Source of the DNA: the human T2T-CHM13v2.0 reference genome, Homo sapiens
DNA: 64,000 nucleotides
NCBI RefSeq assembly: GCF_009914755.1
Contig: NC_060925.1
Reading direction: 5' to 3' (one strand)
Positions within the stretch are counted from its first letter, which is position 1. Every line of letters begins with the position of its first letter. The notes below the pieces were generated by a model, which was not told the DNA's origin, made no database searches, and was given only the letters and a program-made list of their open reading frames with translations. This document shows, one piece after another, positions 14,630-27,574 of this stretch. A program made the translations under genes and the position numbers.

Positions 14630-15155
14630 CCATAACAGCCAGAGTAGTCCTCACAAAATATAAGCGAGAGCATATCACTTCCCTCTCCAAACCCTCTATC
14701 ACACCTTAGAGTGACACCTGCAGCTCACTAGCTGGCTGCGGCCTCACTCTCCTGCCGCTTATTCCACCATCCACTTGACTCACGCCACTCTGGCCGCAGG
14801 AACCTTCTTGCTCTTGCACAAATATGCTGAATCTCTTCCTGCCCTGTGCACTGCTCCCGCTTGGCCCTCCTTCCCCATCACTCAGGTCTGCTCAGCTCTC
14901 ACCTCCTCCACGGGGCTTTTTCTGTCCACCTGTACTTCAGCCCTCTCCACTTATTCTACTTTATTTTCCTCATACCACTTATCCCTATCTGAAATGGTCT
15001 ATTATTTGTTTGTTTGCTGCTTGTCCTCCTCCCTGACTAGAAGGTAAGGTTGACAAGGGGAGGGACTTTTGTCTATTTTGTCCACTGCTCTATTCCCAGT
15101 GCCTGGGACTTAAAAGAGTCTCAGTGGATGTCACCAGAATAAGCGAGTGACTGAA
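14630..15155 (+). mobile_element. L2 3' fragment
   Basis: L2-like tail GGGAGGGACTTTTGTCTATTTTGTCCACTGCTCTATTCCCAGTGCCT. Confidence 0.7.
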
Positions 15156-15199
15156 CAGCATTTGGATGTACGTAAAGATGAAGTCATCTGTAACACAGT

Positions 15200-15425
15200 A
15201 ATAATAGTATTTTCCACTTGGGGGGCTTATTATATCCTAGGCAGTTTACAAACATAATTTCATGTAATCCTTACAAAGATCCCACGAGGTGGGTACTATC
15301 ATTATCCTCATCTTACAGGGGAGGAAAACCAGGCTTGGTAAGACCAGGAAACCCACACGAGCTCACACAACAAATGGAAGAGCTGAGATTTAAGCCCACA
15401 GTTTCCTGACCCTGCAGCCCACACT
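15200..15425 (-). mobile_element. MIR
   Basis: CCTCATCTTACAGGGGAGGAAA core. Confidence 0.7.
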
Positions 15426-16389
15426 GTCTCCCCAGCAATAAAGCAACCCAGACAGCGGCTGTCCGCGCAGGCTGTGCACAGGAGCACCCGCGGGGCACGG
15501 GCCTCACCACCGTAGTGTCATAGTCACCATAAGACTATTTCTAAAACTGTTGCCTAGGAAATCCTCACGTACAGGCTAGGATAGCGATCCTGTCTCACAC
15601 TTCAAGATCTAGTGACAAGTATTAATGCAGTGCCTACCTCTACAGTAGTCTACAATTTAACAGAACCTTTCATCTCAAGCCACCTTTAGGCAAAACTGTG
15701 ACATTTAGCTTGAGGCTACCCAGAGACCCTGCTGAGACTTGAGCAGCCCAGGTTTCTGCCCTTCTCACCCATGCTCACCCACACTTTGTCCTCCTCCCTC
15801 CTCTGAGGGACAGTGAGAGGACGAGTCAAGGCTGCTCCCCCAGTCAGAGCTTTCAGCCCCATTGCTGCCACTGGCTGCAGGCTCATGGACAAATGAGGCT
15901 CCAGCTCCCAATCAGCCTCCTCTCCCTTGTCAGCGCAGTTGACAGCAATATCACCCGTCTGGAGCACCTGCCTCCCAGTATTCCTCGCTCCTGCCACACT
16001 GAATTCCCTTCAGTCCCTGAATTTGTCATGCTCTCTCACCTACGGGCTTAGCTCATGCTTGTGCCTCTACCAAGAAGATTCTTTCCCTCTGATCAGCTAG
16101 TTAAATCCTATTAATGCTCAGGTCTCTGTAAATGTCACTTCCTGACCTAGGGAAGGCTTCCCTAACTATCCCCTGTGTGGGTTAGGTACTTCCCTGCTCC
16201 ACTGGCACCCAGGACTTCCTGTATAACAGGAGAACACCAGCTTGCCTTCATAATTACCTGTACTTTCATAGAGGCGCCCTGAGATCAGGAACCATGCATG
16301 TTGGGTATCTGTAGCCCGGCATTTACCTCCTCTCCTCTGGAAAGAGTTTACTAAATTTTCTTTCCTTTTTATTTCAGCCATGTGGTTTG

Positions 16390-17050
16390 TGTGCGACTGA
16401 CGCTAACGTCCAACTCCATCTGCAGAGCTTAAGTTAATGGGCATACCCTACCTCCATTCTCCCTGTCACAGTGGCTCAGGATTGACATGTGACTCAGGCC
16501 AGGCCAATCAGGCTGCACCTCAGGGCTCTGCCTGGAAAGATGAGTGCTGGATTCTTTCTCCCCTGCCGCACATGTAGCCTCTTGGGATACTGGAAGAAAG
16601 CCAAGGTTTCTTCCAGTTATGCTTAAATAACCTGTGTCAGCATCAAAGACAGAGCCCTGTGGCATCCTGCTAGTGTTCCCCTTTCAGGTTGATGTTGCAA
16701 TAGTGGCCACTATTCTTTGGATCTGGCTGTTACACCAGTTAACCCTGTGCATTAAAGGAAAGGGTATTCAGTAAGTAAGTTCAGTAACAACTCAGGGGCT
16801 TAACATCTTCACCAATGGAGGTGAGGGTTGGGGTGGTGGAATCTGGCCTGCAAGGGAGTCATGCAGAACTAAGAAATGGAGACAAAGAAACAGAGTCCTG
16901 GTCACATTATTTGAGGCACTGGATCAAGCATTGCCTGAAACTAGAGCTACCTCTAGATTTGTCAATTACACAGATCAATCAATTACCTTTATACTTAAAT
17001 GAGATTGGGTTTGCTTGTTGTTGTCGTTACTTGCAATGAAGAAAACACCT
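16390..17050 (+). mobile_element. Old ERVL-type LTR (LTR16/LTR33-like) interrupted by a 184-bp local copy
   Basis: CATGTGACTCAGGCCAGGCCAATCAG and CTGGATCAAGCATTGCCTGAA...GTTACTTGCAA motifs. Confidence 0.6.
16621..16804 (+). repeat. Displaced direct repeat, copy A (partner 18785-18968)
   Basis: 184 bp, gap-free, about 20 mismatches (~89%). Confidence 0.96.
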
Positions 17051-17574
17051 TAAATTCTGCCTTATTCACCACTGAATCCTCAGCCCTCAGCACAGTGACT
17101 GGCACCTAGCTGTGAGTGAATATAAGTTTCTTTGCTCTAGGTAAGAAATCAGGGGACTAGCAACTCCAGCAGGGAGGGCAATATAAGCACTTGGCTCTTT
17201 CTAGGCAGGTGCTACAATGCTGGTTCTACTTCTTTCTCCCAGTTCCTACACAACAGTACATCAGGGATCCCTCTCTCAGCTCCCCTGGGCCCTGAAGACC
17301 CAGGAGCTCTTCTATCTGGCTGCTGAGATGCAATCCCTACCTCCTGGTCCTACTTACAGAATCATCCCTAACCAGCTTCATTCAAGTCCCCAGCCTGCCT
17401 CAGCAGGCCATGTTAACTCGGAGCCTGTTACAGACCATGGGGCCACTCAAAGCACAGATTTAGCGCACCGTCTACTTGCTTTTTAAAAAATCTAGGCTGT
17501 AATTGGTTCTTCCACTCACACACTGAATAAATTCTGTGCCCTCTCTTGTGCCCACAATCTGATTTTATCACTGT

Positions 17575-18200
17575 TATTGGAATAACAGAATTTGAGAAAG
17601 AAACATAGAGGTCATTTAGCTCAACTCCGTTCCTAGGGCAGGTGCCACCACTACTACGTCTCTGACTGAGGTCTAGCCTGCTTTGGCTTGAATACAACCA
17701 CGGACCGGCTGCTCCATCCTTTGCAAGTCGGGCACATTGTCAGACAGCTCAGATTGTTAGAAAGTTCTTCCTGAAATTGAGCTGGAATCTGCTTCCTTGT
17801 CATTCCACCTAGTCCTGGATCTGCCATCTGGAGTCCCTGGCATCAGCCTGATCCCTCCCCCACATGGCAGCCATTGGGATATATGAGGACAGCTCACATG
17901 TCCCTAACGTCTGCTTGGCTCCAGGCAAAGAATCCCTTGTGCCCTTACCCAGTCCTCATATGACTTGGTTTCCTGATATTGCACCAGCACATCATCCCCT
18001 GAATGTGCTCCATTTGTGATTGTTCACCTCTCTGAAAATATGGTTCCTTGAAAGGATCTCAACAGTCTAGCTGTAGCCTGTCCAGCACCAAGCACAATAG
18101 AACCATCTGTACCTGGTTCTGGGCTCACCACACCTGTTAATGATGATATGTAAATTCCCAGTGCCATTTTTAAAGTCTCATCATACTATTAGCTCAATGC
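17575..18200. mobile_element. CR1/L3 remnant
   Basis: GACAGCTCAGATTGTTAGAAAGTTCTTCCT is a typical L3 motif. Confidence 0.7.
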
Positions 18201-18320
18201 AATCTTAGAGAAAATAAACCCCTTCCACTGGATTTTCCATATTTGAACATTTGATATATGGAGCTTCATAGAGATTTGTCTTGAATGTTATCTTACAGGG
18301 TTTAGACTGGGCAGAATCAC

Positions 18321-18459
18321 TAGTGATCATATAATTTGTCATACAAATTGTGACAGTTTTAAGATTGAAAACAGGTGCTATTAATACTATCAACAATCAC
18401 TTTGAGACAACAGACACAACCAGGGCTGTCCAAACAAACCTAGACCCAGGACCACCCTA
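18321..18459. mobile_element. MER94/MER81-like hAT-Blackjack MITE
   Basis: GTGATCATATAATTTGTC...GACCACCCTA terminal pattern. Confidence 0.65.
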
Positions 18460-18464
18460 AGCAA

Positions 18465-18660
18465 AGTGGTTAGGACCACAGAGTCTGGGTTCAAATCCCA
18501 GTGCTATCATTTACCAGTTTGTTACTTAATCTCTTGATGTTTCTGTTTTCCCATCATGGAAAGGGAGATAACATATTTACATCATAGGATCATCATAAGT
18601 ATTAAACAAGATCATGTATGGAAAGCATTTAACCCAGAGCCTGGCTTACATTAAATGCTT
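18465..18660 (+). mobile_element. MIR
   Basis: CTGGGTTCAAATCCCAG B-box region followed by the MIR core. Confidence 0.8.
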
Positions 18661-18784
18661 AGAAAATATCACTTGTTATTTTTAGCTTGTTGAGATCTTT
18701 TAAAATTTGACCAGCTATCCCTCTCAGCATTGTGTCATTTTTAAATCTGAGAAGTACCTCTTCCACAGCCTCGTCTGAGTTGTT

Positions 18785-18968
18785 GCTTAAATAACCTGTG
18801 TCAGCATCAAAGACAGAGCCCCACGGCAGGCTGCTAGTGTTCCCCTTCCAGGCTGATGTTGAAGTATTGGCCACTATTCTTTGGATTTGGCTGTTACACC
18901 AGTTAACTCCGTGCATTAAAGGAAAGTATGTTTAGTAAGTAAGTTCAGTAGCACCTCTGGGGCTTAAC
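18785..18968 (+). repeat. Displaced direct repeat, copy B (likely source)
   Basis: Matches 16621-16804 and continues into MLT1-like sequence to ~19350. Confidence 0.96.
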
Positions 18969-21416
18969 TGGTATACAGGTTTATGTTTCTCTCACATGAA
19001 AGTCTGGAGAGGCCCCACTTTGGCAGAAGTCCATCCTCCCACCATTAGCCAGGCACCCAGGCTGATGGCAGCTCTTCTGTCTTCAGCATGTGGCTTTCTG
19101 AGTGGTTCTGCTGGTCACCATTCCCACCAGTAGGAAGCGGGAGAAGAGTGTAGAGGAGCAAGTGGAGGAGATATATGTGCTGGCCTGCCAGGGGCATGGA
19201 TCACTTCTGCTCACAAGCACATGGGGGAGAACTTAGACACAAAGGTGCGCCACACCATAGGGAAAGTGGGAAAGGCAGGGCAGCTTAGCTGCCAGGGGCC
19301 AGCTCCACTGCCATTCCTACAGAAGAAGGGGAGGAGATTTTGGTGGACGCCTAGGAATTCCCACCATTCCCATCCACCTAATGCATTATCATTCAGGCCA
19401 CAATTTTCTGTCTTGTCCTCGAGGAAGTAAGGTGAGACTCTACCAAATACCTTATGAAATCAAAGGCCTTCACCATTCTGCTCTGCTACTAGCAAAGAAA
19501 GGAAATCATTTCCAGGGCCTCATGAGGAGATGGCACACAGGCAGCCCACACTCTGTCTGAGAAATGGTTTTACATTTGGGGCAGTGAAATTCATTTAATC
19601 CTTTCATTAATCTGTGTGGGGAAGAAAGAGAAAGAAGGCAGAAACATAGTGGTGTTTAAAAAATGAAATGAAACGAAATTCCAAGTATAAGAGCCTTATG
19701 GAAAAGTCAAGCAGAAAAGGAGTTATACATAAAAATTAAAATGATCTTCAAGATTGCTTAATATTTCTCTTGGAACATTCCTGAGCCCCTTGAAATGAGA
19801 TGTAGGACTCAGATTTCTGACACAAGTAACATAGGCATTATGGTCAGCCCTTAAACTCCAGCCTGCAGCTCTTAAAGTCAAGTCAAGCACTGCTGATAAG
19901 CAACCTCATTTATTCATTCAGCAAACACGTGGAGAGAAGCTTCTCAGTGCCATGCACTGTGTGGGGAATAAAGAAATAAACAAGCTGTGGGCCCTACCCT
20001 TGAAGGTCTTTCAGACTCAAAGATTCCTAGTTGCAAATATCAGAAACCGTGTCTGGCTACTCTAAACAGAAAGAGAATTTACTAAAGAATATTAGGTCAC
20101 AAAAACTCCGGGAAGCTATGAAGCTAGGAATAATGCCTCAAAACACTTTGCAGAATAGTCTAGAAGAGACTATGCTGGCCCCCCTGTCAGCACAGACACA
20201 CAGCTTGGTGACCCTGCCTGTGTGGGACCTCAGATGCTTTCATCAGCATCTTCTGAAATTGAGGAAGATACAAGCCATCTTAGCCAGAACATACTCCTCC
20301 CAGTTCTCGCTGCTTTGCAGTGCTAGCTTCTGATTCAGAGTCCTTCTGATGCAGCTGTGCCCTAGCTGCAAGGAAGGTGGGAGAGTGAGTACCTGCCTTC
20401 TAAGTTAGGATGTGGGGATTCATAAAACAGAATTCCCCAAACATAAGGAAGATGTGAAAAGGTTCTGGGTGGCCAAAACATTGATAAGTGTCCATGATGA
20501 GGTGAAAAATACATGCAAATGCATATATTAGAATGGAATATGGGCTTTATGAACTTTATGAACAGAGTTGTGAAAACACAGAGGACAGAGAAATAAAACC
20601 TAACACAGCAGGTCAGAGAAAACTTCGCCAAGGGAGTCTCCACCTGTCCCACCCACCTAAAGTGTTATCATTCAGCCCGCATTTACTATCTTATTCTCTG
20701 GATCATAAGGGATGCTTGAGAACTTTCTGGGGAAAGTTTCTGAGGAAGGGCCCTGCACACAGAGGAAAAGCATGTGAAAAGGGATGAGAGTGGGAAAGGC
20801 TTGGTAGGTCTGCGGAGTGGCTCCATGTGGTAAAGGCAAAGGCTGAGTGTCAGTAGCGAGGAGCAGATAGGCTGAGAGTGACAGGTCAAGATCAGATCAC
20901 AAAAGCCTTTTATGGTCATTGGATGTCATTGAAGGATGAGAGTAATGTGATCTTTTTGTTTTTAAGAGATTACCTGGTGCTATGTAGAGGGTGGATTGGA
21001 TAGGAAAGAAAATGAAGATGGAGACAGGGTCCAGAGGCTGGTGTGAAAGACCAAGTGAGAATGACGCAAACCTGAATTAAGGCAGTGGCAGCAGGAAGGA
21101 AGGGAAAGTTGAACCTGGGAAATTGCTCTGCCCACTGGGAAACCCAAACTATGGGTCTGGAACGGAGTTGGGGATCATTAGCTTTAGATGGTAGTCGGTA
21201 CAATAAGAGAGGCCACAGAGGGTGAACAGAAGATGACTGGGAACCCTTACAGTTAAGCATTAGAAAGCCCAAGTCAGGTTTCCCAATCCCAGCAGCAAAC
21301 AAAGGCACGATGTGCCCAGGCCATAAAGCGTAACACTGGGTATTAGGGGTAAGAGGGTGGAGATCCTGATCCAAGTTCCCTGGAGCTCATTGTTGTGTTG
21401 AAGCACATAGACGGCC

Positions 21417-21850
21417 GTTGTAGTTTTTTGGCTAGCTGCTTCAATTTCCTCTTCTCATTGTAATGGAGCAGGATTTCTACTCGGGGAATCCCCTCTCACC
21501 CATTCTGTGCAGTCTTGGGGGTGTTAATCAATGTGACCTGTCTGGCCCTGGCTAAGAGGTGAGCATGGGACCCAAGAGCATTCAGATTCTCTTCAAGGAC
21601 TTCTTATTTTGAGCTGAGTGAAGCAAGGCTGGAAAGAAGAGTTTGGAGTTGGTTCAACCCAGCAGCATCTCCCTAAGGAAACCACCCCTTAATTCCTGCC
21701 CCATGGAATCCTGAGCTGCCCTAGCTCAATTATTCTTTAAGTCTGGTTTCTAGCTTTCTCTTCTACTCTGTGAACTCAGTGAGACTCTTAACTGAATTTT
21801 TTTCTGCTTGGGGGAGTCAGAATCTGTGGTTTGCAATCAACCCCGACTCA
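21417..21850 (+). mobile_element. LTR16-like ERVL LTR
   Basis: GGGGAATCCCCTCTCACCCATTCT and GAGCATGGGACCCAAG, ending GGTTTGCAATCAA. Confidence 0.6.
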
Positions 21851-22086
21851 CAGAGTAACAGGCACTTAAGTCAACTGTGTATAAGAATTCCTCCAAACCA
21901 ACCTCCCAACAGGTGCAAAGCACTTATGAAAAAGGAATGGGGCTGTCATGCACACTGGAACAGGGATCATTCTAGCTGTGACTTTATTCTCACTTGTCAC
22001 AAGACCTCGAATGGGTTCCTTCACCTCTCCAGGCCTCAGTGCTCTCATCTGCAAATCACAGTGTGGGGTTGGATGATACTTGGTGT

Positions 22087-22739
22087 CCAGTGGGGTGCTG
22101 GTAAACTGTTTCTTTAAAAAAAAAAAAAAAGAAAGAAAGAAAGCATTTTGCTGGCTTTTAAGCAACTTGGTCAAAAATCTGCTTCCTTAAAAAGTAGAGA
22201 ATTAATGAGCATCTCAAGCTTTTTCTTTTCCTTTTTAATGATGCCTGCACCATCGGAGTATTCTAGCATTCTCTCTTTTGTTTGGCATATAATCATGCAC
22301 AACATTTTTATTTCTTTAAGGTGGGAGTATATTTTTATTTCCTAAATGCCATACTATGAAGATCAAAGTCTTAAGTGTGTTTGTGTAGCTCAAAAATAAA
22401 GATATATTAAGGGGGGAGAACACCGGTCTCAGCACAAGGCACACTTAAAGCAAGTTTTACTTTTGGTTGTATTTTCTTTGTATATTACAAACACTTATTT
22501 AACTTGTTGTCATTTGAAGTAAAAAATTTCCAAAGTGTGTGCTCAACAATAATCATTGAAATGTTTCCAGTGAAAAAAAGAAGTGAAAGCCTTGATTAAT
22601 AGTGTTTGATAATGTCTGTGGTATAAATATTCCTTCCGTGGCTAACTTTCAAGCTACCAATGGTTTAACAACCAGCTTTCTAATTTCCTGAAATTTGTAC
22701 TTTTGCAATCAGGTACAAGCCAGCTCTGGTACATCACTG
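22087..22739. mobile_element. MER63-like hAT element split by an insertion
   Basis: Ends CCAGTGGGGTGCTGG and GGTACATCACTG; internal TTTCAAGCTACCAATGGTTTAACAACC resumes at ~22585. Confidence 0.75.
22145..22580 (+). pseudogene. Probable 5'-truncated processed-pseudogene fragment (mRNA 3'UTR end); parent gene not identified
   Basis: Non-repeat AU-rich sequence inside MER63, an internal AATAAA, ATTGAA shortly before an A run, and a degenerate TSD (AAGAAAGAAAGC / AAGAAGTGAAAGC). Confidence 0.6.
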
Positions 22740-22839
22740 TTGGTGTCCCTTCTAGGGCTGACTTCTGGTCTGTACCACTCTACACTGGGACGCTGGAAGA
22801 CTAAGTCTTTGACTCTTGTTGGAAAGAAAGCGTATAGGA

Positions 22840-23020
22840 TGGCATTTCTCAAACTCCATAGCAGGGAACTTGTTAAAATGCAAATGCCCGCAGACTGCTA
22901 TTAGGCACTCTGAATTAGCATAGGGGTGGAAGGGTTCCCAAAAATTTGCACCATTAACACACTCCCCAGATGATTCTGATGCAGGCGGTGTGAGGGCCAG
23001 ACTTTGAGAGTCACTGGCTT
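22840..23020. mobile_element. MER5A-like hAT-Charlie MITE
   Basis: TTTCTCAAACT...CTTGTTAAAATGCAAAT...GATTCTGATGCA...TTTGAGAGTCACTG. Confidence 0.75.
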
Positions 23021-26000
23021 GGAAAGTGGAAGGGATGGAGATAAAACAGGTGAGAGTGGTGGGAAATGGAGTCAGGCAAGAGGAGAGAGGATTATGGAGG
23101 AAATGATGACCCAGACCATAGACACAATTGGGAAGCAAAGAGGAGGGAGGCAGGAGATATTCTCAGCTTGATATCCAGACTTGGAGGACTCTGCAGAACA
23201 CCATGTACCAGAGGGCTTTAATAAGAGATGATGAAGATCATTATGGCGATGAAGGAGGGCAGTAGGCTTTGTTAACCAGCTTTACAGGGCTGGTAGGAAG
23301 TAGAGCCATCTGGTGCATATTTGGTACATTACAGAATCTATTTTATTTTCACTCATGCTACTCAGCCAAATTTATATCTGTTTCTGGCTGCAGAACTTGC
23401 CTGGTATTAGACTAAGCCCTGAGCTCTGAGCAGGAAGAATCCCACGCCAAGGACGTGATCAGTTTTTGCCGATCCTGGGGGCAAGGCTGGATTTCTAAGC
23501 CTTCCTAGAATTTCAGCCCTTGTTCTAGATGGTGGGAACCCAAGAACATTCCAAGTGAATGACTGAAAGTCCTGAAGGAATCTGTGCTCATATCACCAAA
23601 CCACCTATCTCCTCCTGCAGGAGAGGGCAGCATTGGCCCCAGCCTCCCTGTGAGGCCCTTCACATCCTCATTTCCATTTCTCTATTGCTTCTGGGGGACA
23701 AGGACCTTGTTTATCTTTTCAGGCCAGGGCCTGCCTCTCAGTAGGTGGAAGAATGAGGCAGGTAGGTGATTGTAACGTACAGGGATTGGGAAGCACCATT
23801 AGGGCTGGCCTGGCTGAGACAGATACAGATAGAAGAAGAGTAATTGCCCAGTGGTAGGGGGTAGCTAAATATTAGGGGTCGAAAAAGCCTGAAATTTACC
23901 CTACTTGAGAAGGAAAACAAATCTGCTTAAAGCTACACAGTAAATTAATAATAATTAAAAAAAAAAAGACTGACTAATGGTCCTCCCTACCTCCGTCACT
24001 CCCCCACACAAAAGAAAACAAGATAACTTTCAGGAAAGTTGGGGAAGGGGAGGTACATGCTGCTTAAGAGGCTCTTGGGAGAGCATTTGTTGTCTCTTCC
24101 TAGTCTTTGGCCTTATTCCAGTCCAACTGTTCAAAGGCACTGGGGCAGAATTTGTCTTCCCTGGGCTGGAACACAGGATATCACTAAGATTCCTCTGGAT
24201 CCTGGAATGATGCTGCGAGTTGCACACACCTGCTCTGACTTTCCCCATTTAAAATTCCTCGTTAGAAATCCTTCCTTCCACTCTGATGTCCCAGACATCG
24301 CTCTTGGATCTTCCGCCCGCTTGCCTTGCATTCCCATCCCTCAGCTCAGACAGATGAAATGCAGGATAAAACCTTTCAGTACACAGGGCAGGGACCTTGT
24401 CTTTGTGTCTCATAAAGTGCGTGTACACCTGCAGTGCTTTGTAAATAATAAATGGCCACAATAAAGAAGCTGCTTCTTTGGGGTCAGGGGTGCCTGTTTG
24501 CAGAAAAACAGTTCCCCCTACACCTCCTCCCACCAGGTCTGGCTCTGCCTGGCACAGCTGTCACCGGAGCCTGAGGATGCAGTGCACAGAGATTTCCAAG
24601 GGGACATGTGACCTGAAAACTTAGGGTTCCAAACAGAATAAAAGGCACCACGCCAGGATTTCTTGGCCAGGGGAGGTCAGAGAGCAGCTTGCTGACATAC
24701 TATGTACTTGAAAAATAAATGTACCGTGGAAATGCAAGATGTCATTATTATTACTTCGAATTTTATTGTTCTGCTTAATCTGGCCTTTACAAATTACAAC
24801 AGCACAGGCTTTTTTAGCCAAGTGTATAATAATAATTTACTATTGAAAGAGAGATTGGCTGGTAATAACAGGTATTATTACTCTAATAATAACTTGCCAA
24901 TTTCATACAAAGGAGAAGGAGACCTCTTTCCAGATGGGTGAACAAGCGAAATAGACAAGGGGGTTTCATGAGGGTGACTATGGGAAGGGCAAGGACATGA
25001 TTACAACGTGGTCACTCATTATGATGACCCCCATCACTGATGCTGAGAACAAGTGGAGTAAAACTCTCAACTAGCCTGCTGTTTTCTCACTACAATTCAG
25101 AAACAGCAGTTCATCTTTTTGAAAATATGCTGCTAAAATCTCCCCTCTGTGTTTCCGGTTGCAGGGCACTATCAGGGCAACAAAACGTTCTAGAACAATG
25201 AACTCATCCATCAGGTGTTTTGGAGGCCTTCATAATAATAGTAGCTGCCATTTATTGCAGCCTCGCTATGCGCCAGGCACTGTGCATCACCTCATTTACT
25301 CCTCTCCACCTTCTCTATGAAGTGAATCCTACTATCCATTTTATACATGAGAGACCTTAGGCTCAGGGTCGATAGGCCCAGTGTTCTAGCCAGGATCCAA
25401 ACATAGACTGAATCAGGAGCCCAAGATCTTAACCACTGTGATCTACCACCTTTACTGCCACTTGGCAATGTTTCAATGGTTGAAATAGCTGAGTATTAGT
25501 AACTCAAACAACTCAAACTTGACACCTCTAGGCAAGAGGGAATAGTTTTCAAGCATCCAAGCTGATGGAAGGACAGAGTGGGATGGATAGCACCAATGCA
25601 CAGGTGCTCAGGGAGTCACTTGGACTTGGCTGTGGATGGCCTAACTGGGAGAGTTTGCAGCAGAATTGCTTTCTGAGTTATGTTTTTCCAGACAGGTATT
25701 AAAAATATCCATGATCTCCGAGACTACTCTGGCTAGGTGGGAGAGGAGAGTGACTCTGAAGGAGGGGTGGGAATGGAGAAACTACTGCGGCATAAAAATT
25801 TGACTACAGATAATTTGTAAAGTTGATGATCAACCTTGATTAGATTTGCTCTTTCTAATTAGCAGAGCTGGATGGTTGGAGCTCCTTCATCCCTCCCCTC
25901 TGAGACTTTATTTTTTAAATTTCTTTATCATTAAATGAGGAATGTGGAGGAAAATTAGAAGGGTGGATGCTTCGAAGTTCTTATTGTCTAGCTCTGACCA

Positions 26001-26364
26001 TCTGCCCTGGACTCAATTTATTCCAGATTGCCAGTTCCATGAGCCATCTTAATGAGCAAGCAGGGAGAAGGTCTCAGTCCAAGGCTTGCTCTGGCCTAAA
26101 GTGATTGCCTCACGAACGACTCACTAATTTTTAATTAATGCTCTGATCCATCCCAGAACCCTGGCTTGTGCATATTCTGCCTCTTCCCCCCACCGTTCAC
26201 AAGCAGGAAGAAAGACATCTGGGCTACTTCAGTGCCTGTTGGGACAGGAAAAATAGCCAGGGCAGTGTACATCCCTTTCGTTTTCAGGGAAGTCACAGAA
26301 CCACATCTGTTTTTTAAAGCGCAAGAGTGGAAGGCTGGGATGGGGGAGAGGCTGGGGGAGAAGG

Positions 26365-26852
26365 GATGTGAGTATGTGGTGGGGGCTATGGATGTGGTAG
26401 TGATGAGGCGAGTGTGTCTATGAGTAATACGGTGTGTGTGTGATGTCATGTGGGTGTGCTATGCAGGTCAAGTGTGTGATGGTGTCTGTGTGTGTGCACG
26501 TGTGTTGTGTGTGAGATGTGGTATGAGTTGCTGTGTAGGTCAAGTGTGTTTTGTGTGTGAGTATGGTGTGTGTGTGCTCATGTGCAGTGCGGTGTGGTCT
26601 GAGTGTGAGGGGTATATGTGTGTATGTGTGGTACAGTGTGTGATGTACAAATGTGCTGTGTTGTGCAGGTCAAGTGTGCTGTGTTTGTATGGTGTGTGCA
26701 TGTACAGTGGGGTCTGGGTTCTATGGATGAGCATGTGCATGTTGTGTAATGTGTGTTTTGTAGTGTGGTGTGGTGAGTGTGGAGGAATGAATGCGGTGGT
26801 AGTGATGGTGGTGATGGTGGTGCCTGTGTATATGTGTGCATGTGCGTGTGTG
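26365..26852. repeat. Degenerate TG-rich low-complexity/minisatellite tract
   Basis: TG-rich, with three copies of AGGTCAAGTGTG. Confidence 0.85.
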
Positions 26853-27340
26853 AAAAGAGGCAGAGCAAGAATGAAAGCATCTCTAACAAAATAAGCTGCT
26901 TGAAAAGGGAATTTTTCTATCTCTAGAAATTTGCCAGAATATCTTCCTTTTTTGGCTAAAGCCTCTGCTCAGAAGGTCTCTGCTGCTCTGGATAAAAAAG
27001 GACAAGCTGGGTTTCAACAAAATAAAATGAATGTTAAAGATACTCCGGGGAGAAGCATTTTTACAAACCCAGTGCTAACGATGCAGTGGTTTCAGTTTCC
27101 TTCCATTGAGTGAGAAGGAATATTTAATTTTGAAACCAGTGGAGGCTCAGGCCCTACGCAGCAAGGTAGAGGAGACAAGAGCACACGGCCCCTTTGTAGA
27201 TTCATCCGTGCTCCCCTGACACCTCCTGTTTCCAGGTCGCAGATGAGATGAAATCCTCTTTGTGGAATACTGAAAAGGACTTTTGGTCTCCAGGGTTTGG
27301 CATTCCAAACAGAAGTAACTGAAGTCACCCTGATATGGAG

Positions 27341-27354
27341 GTGCCATCTAGGGG
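27341..27354 (-). promoter_or_regulatory. Candidate CTCF motif
   Basis: Reverse complement CCCCTAGATGGCAC matches CCASYAGRKGGCRS at 13/14 positions, in non-repeat DNA. Confidence 0.35.
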
Positions 27355-27574
27355 CAAGAAGGGGCTGGAGGAGGCTCCTGAAGAACAAGGAAAGGAGTCA
27401 TCTAGCCAAAGGATTTTGTCACAGTCCTTCACACATGCTTTCTGGAGCTGGGGTCCTTGTGCAGGGGAATGTCCCAGAAGGGCTCAGCCCAGACAAATCC
27501 AGCAGGTTCAAAAGCATTTCCACTGAGAGGCTTTTCTTCAAGCCAAGCTCCCTGGCAGAGAGGCATTCCAGAGA

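Noticed and set aside
26436-26894. 152 aa Cys/Val-rich ORF and His/Thr-rich antisense ORFs
   Set aside because: Artefacts of the TG-rich repeat.
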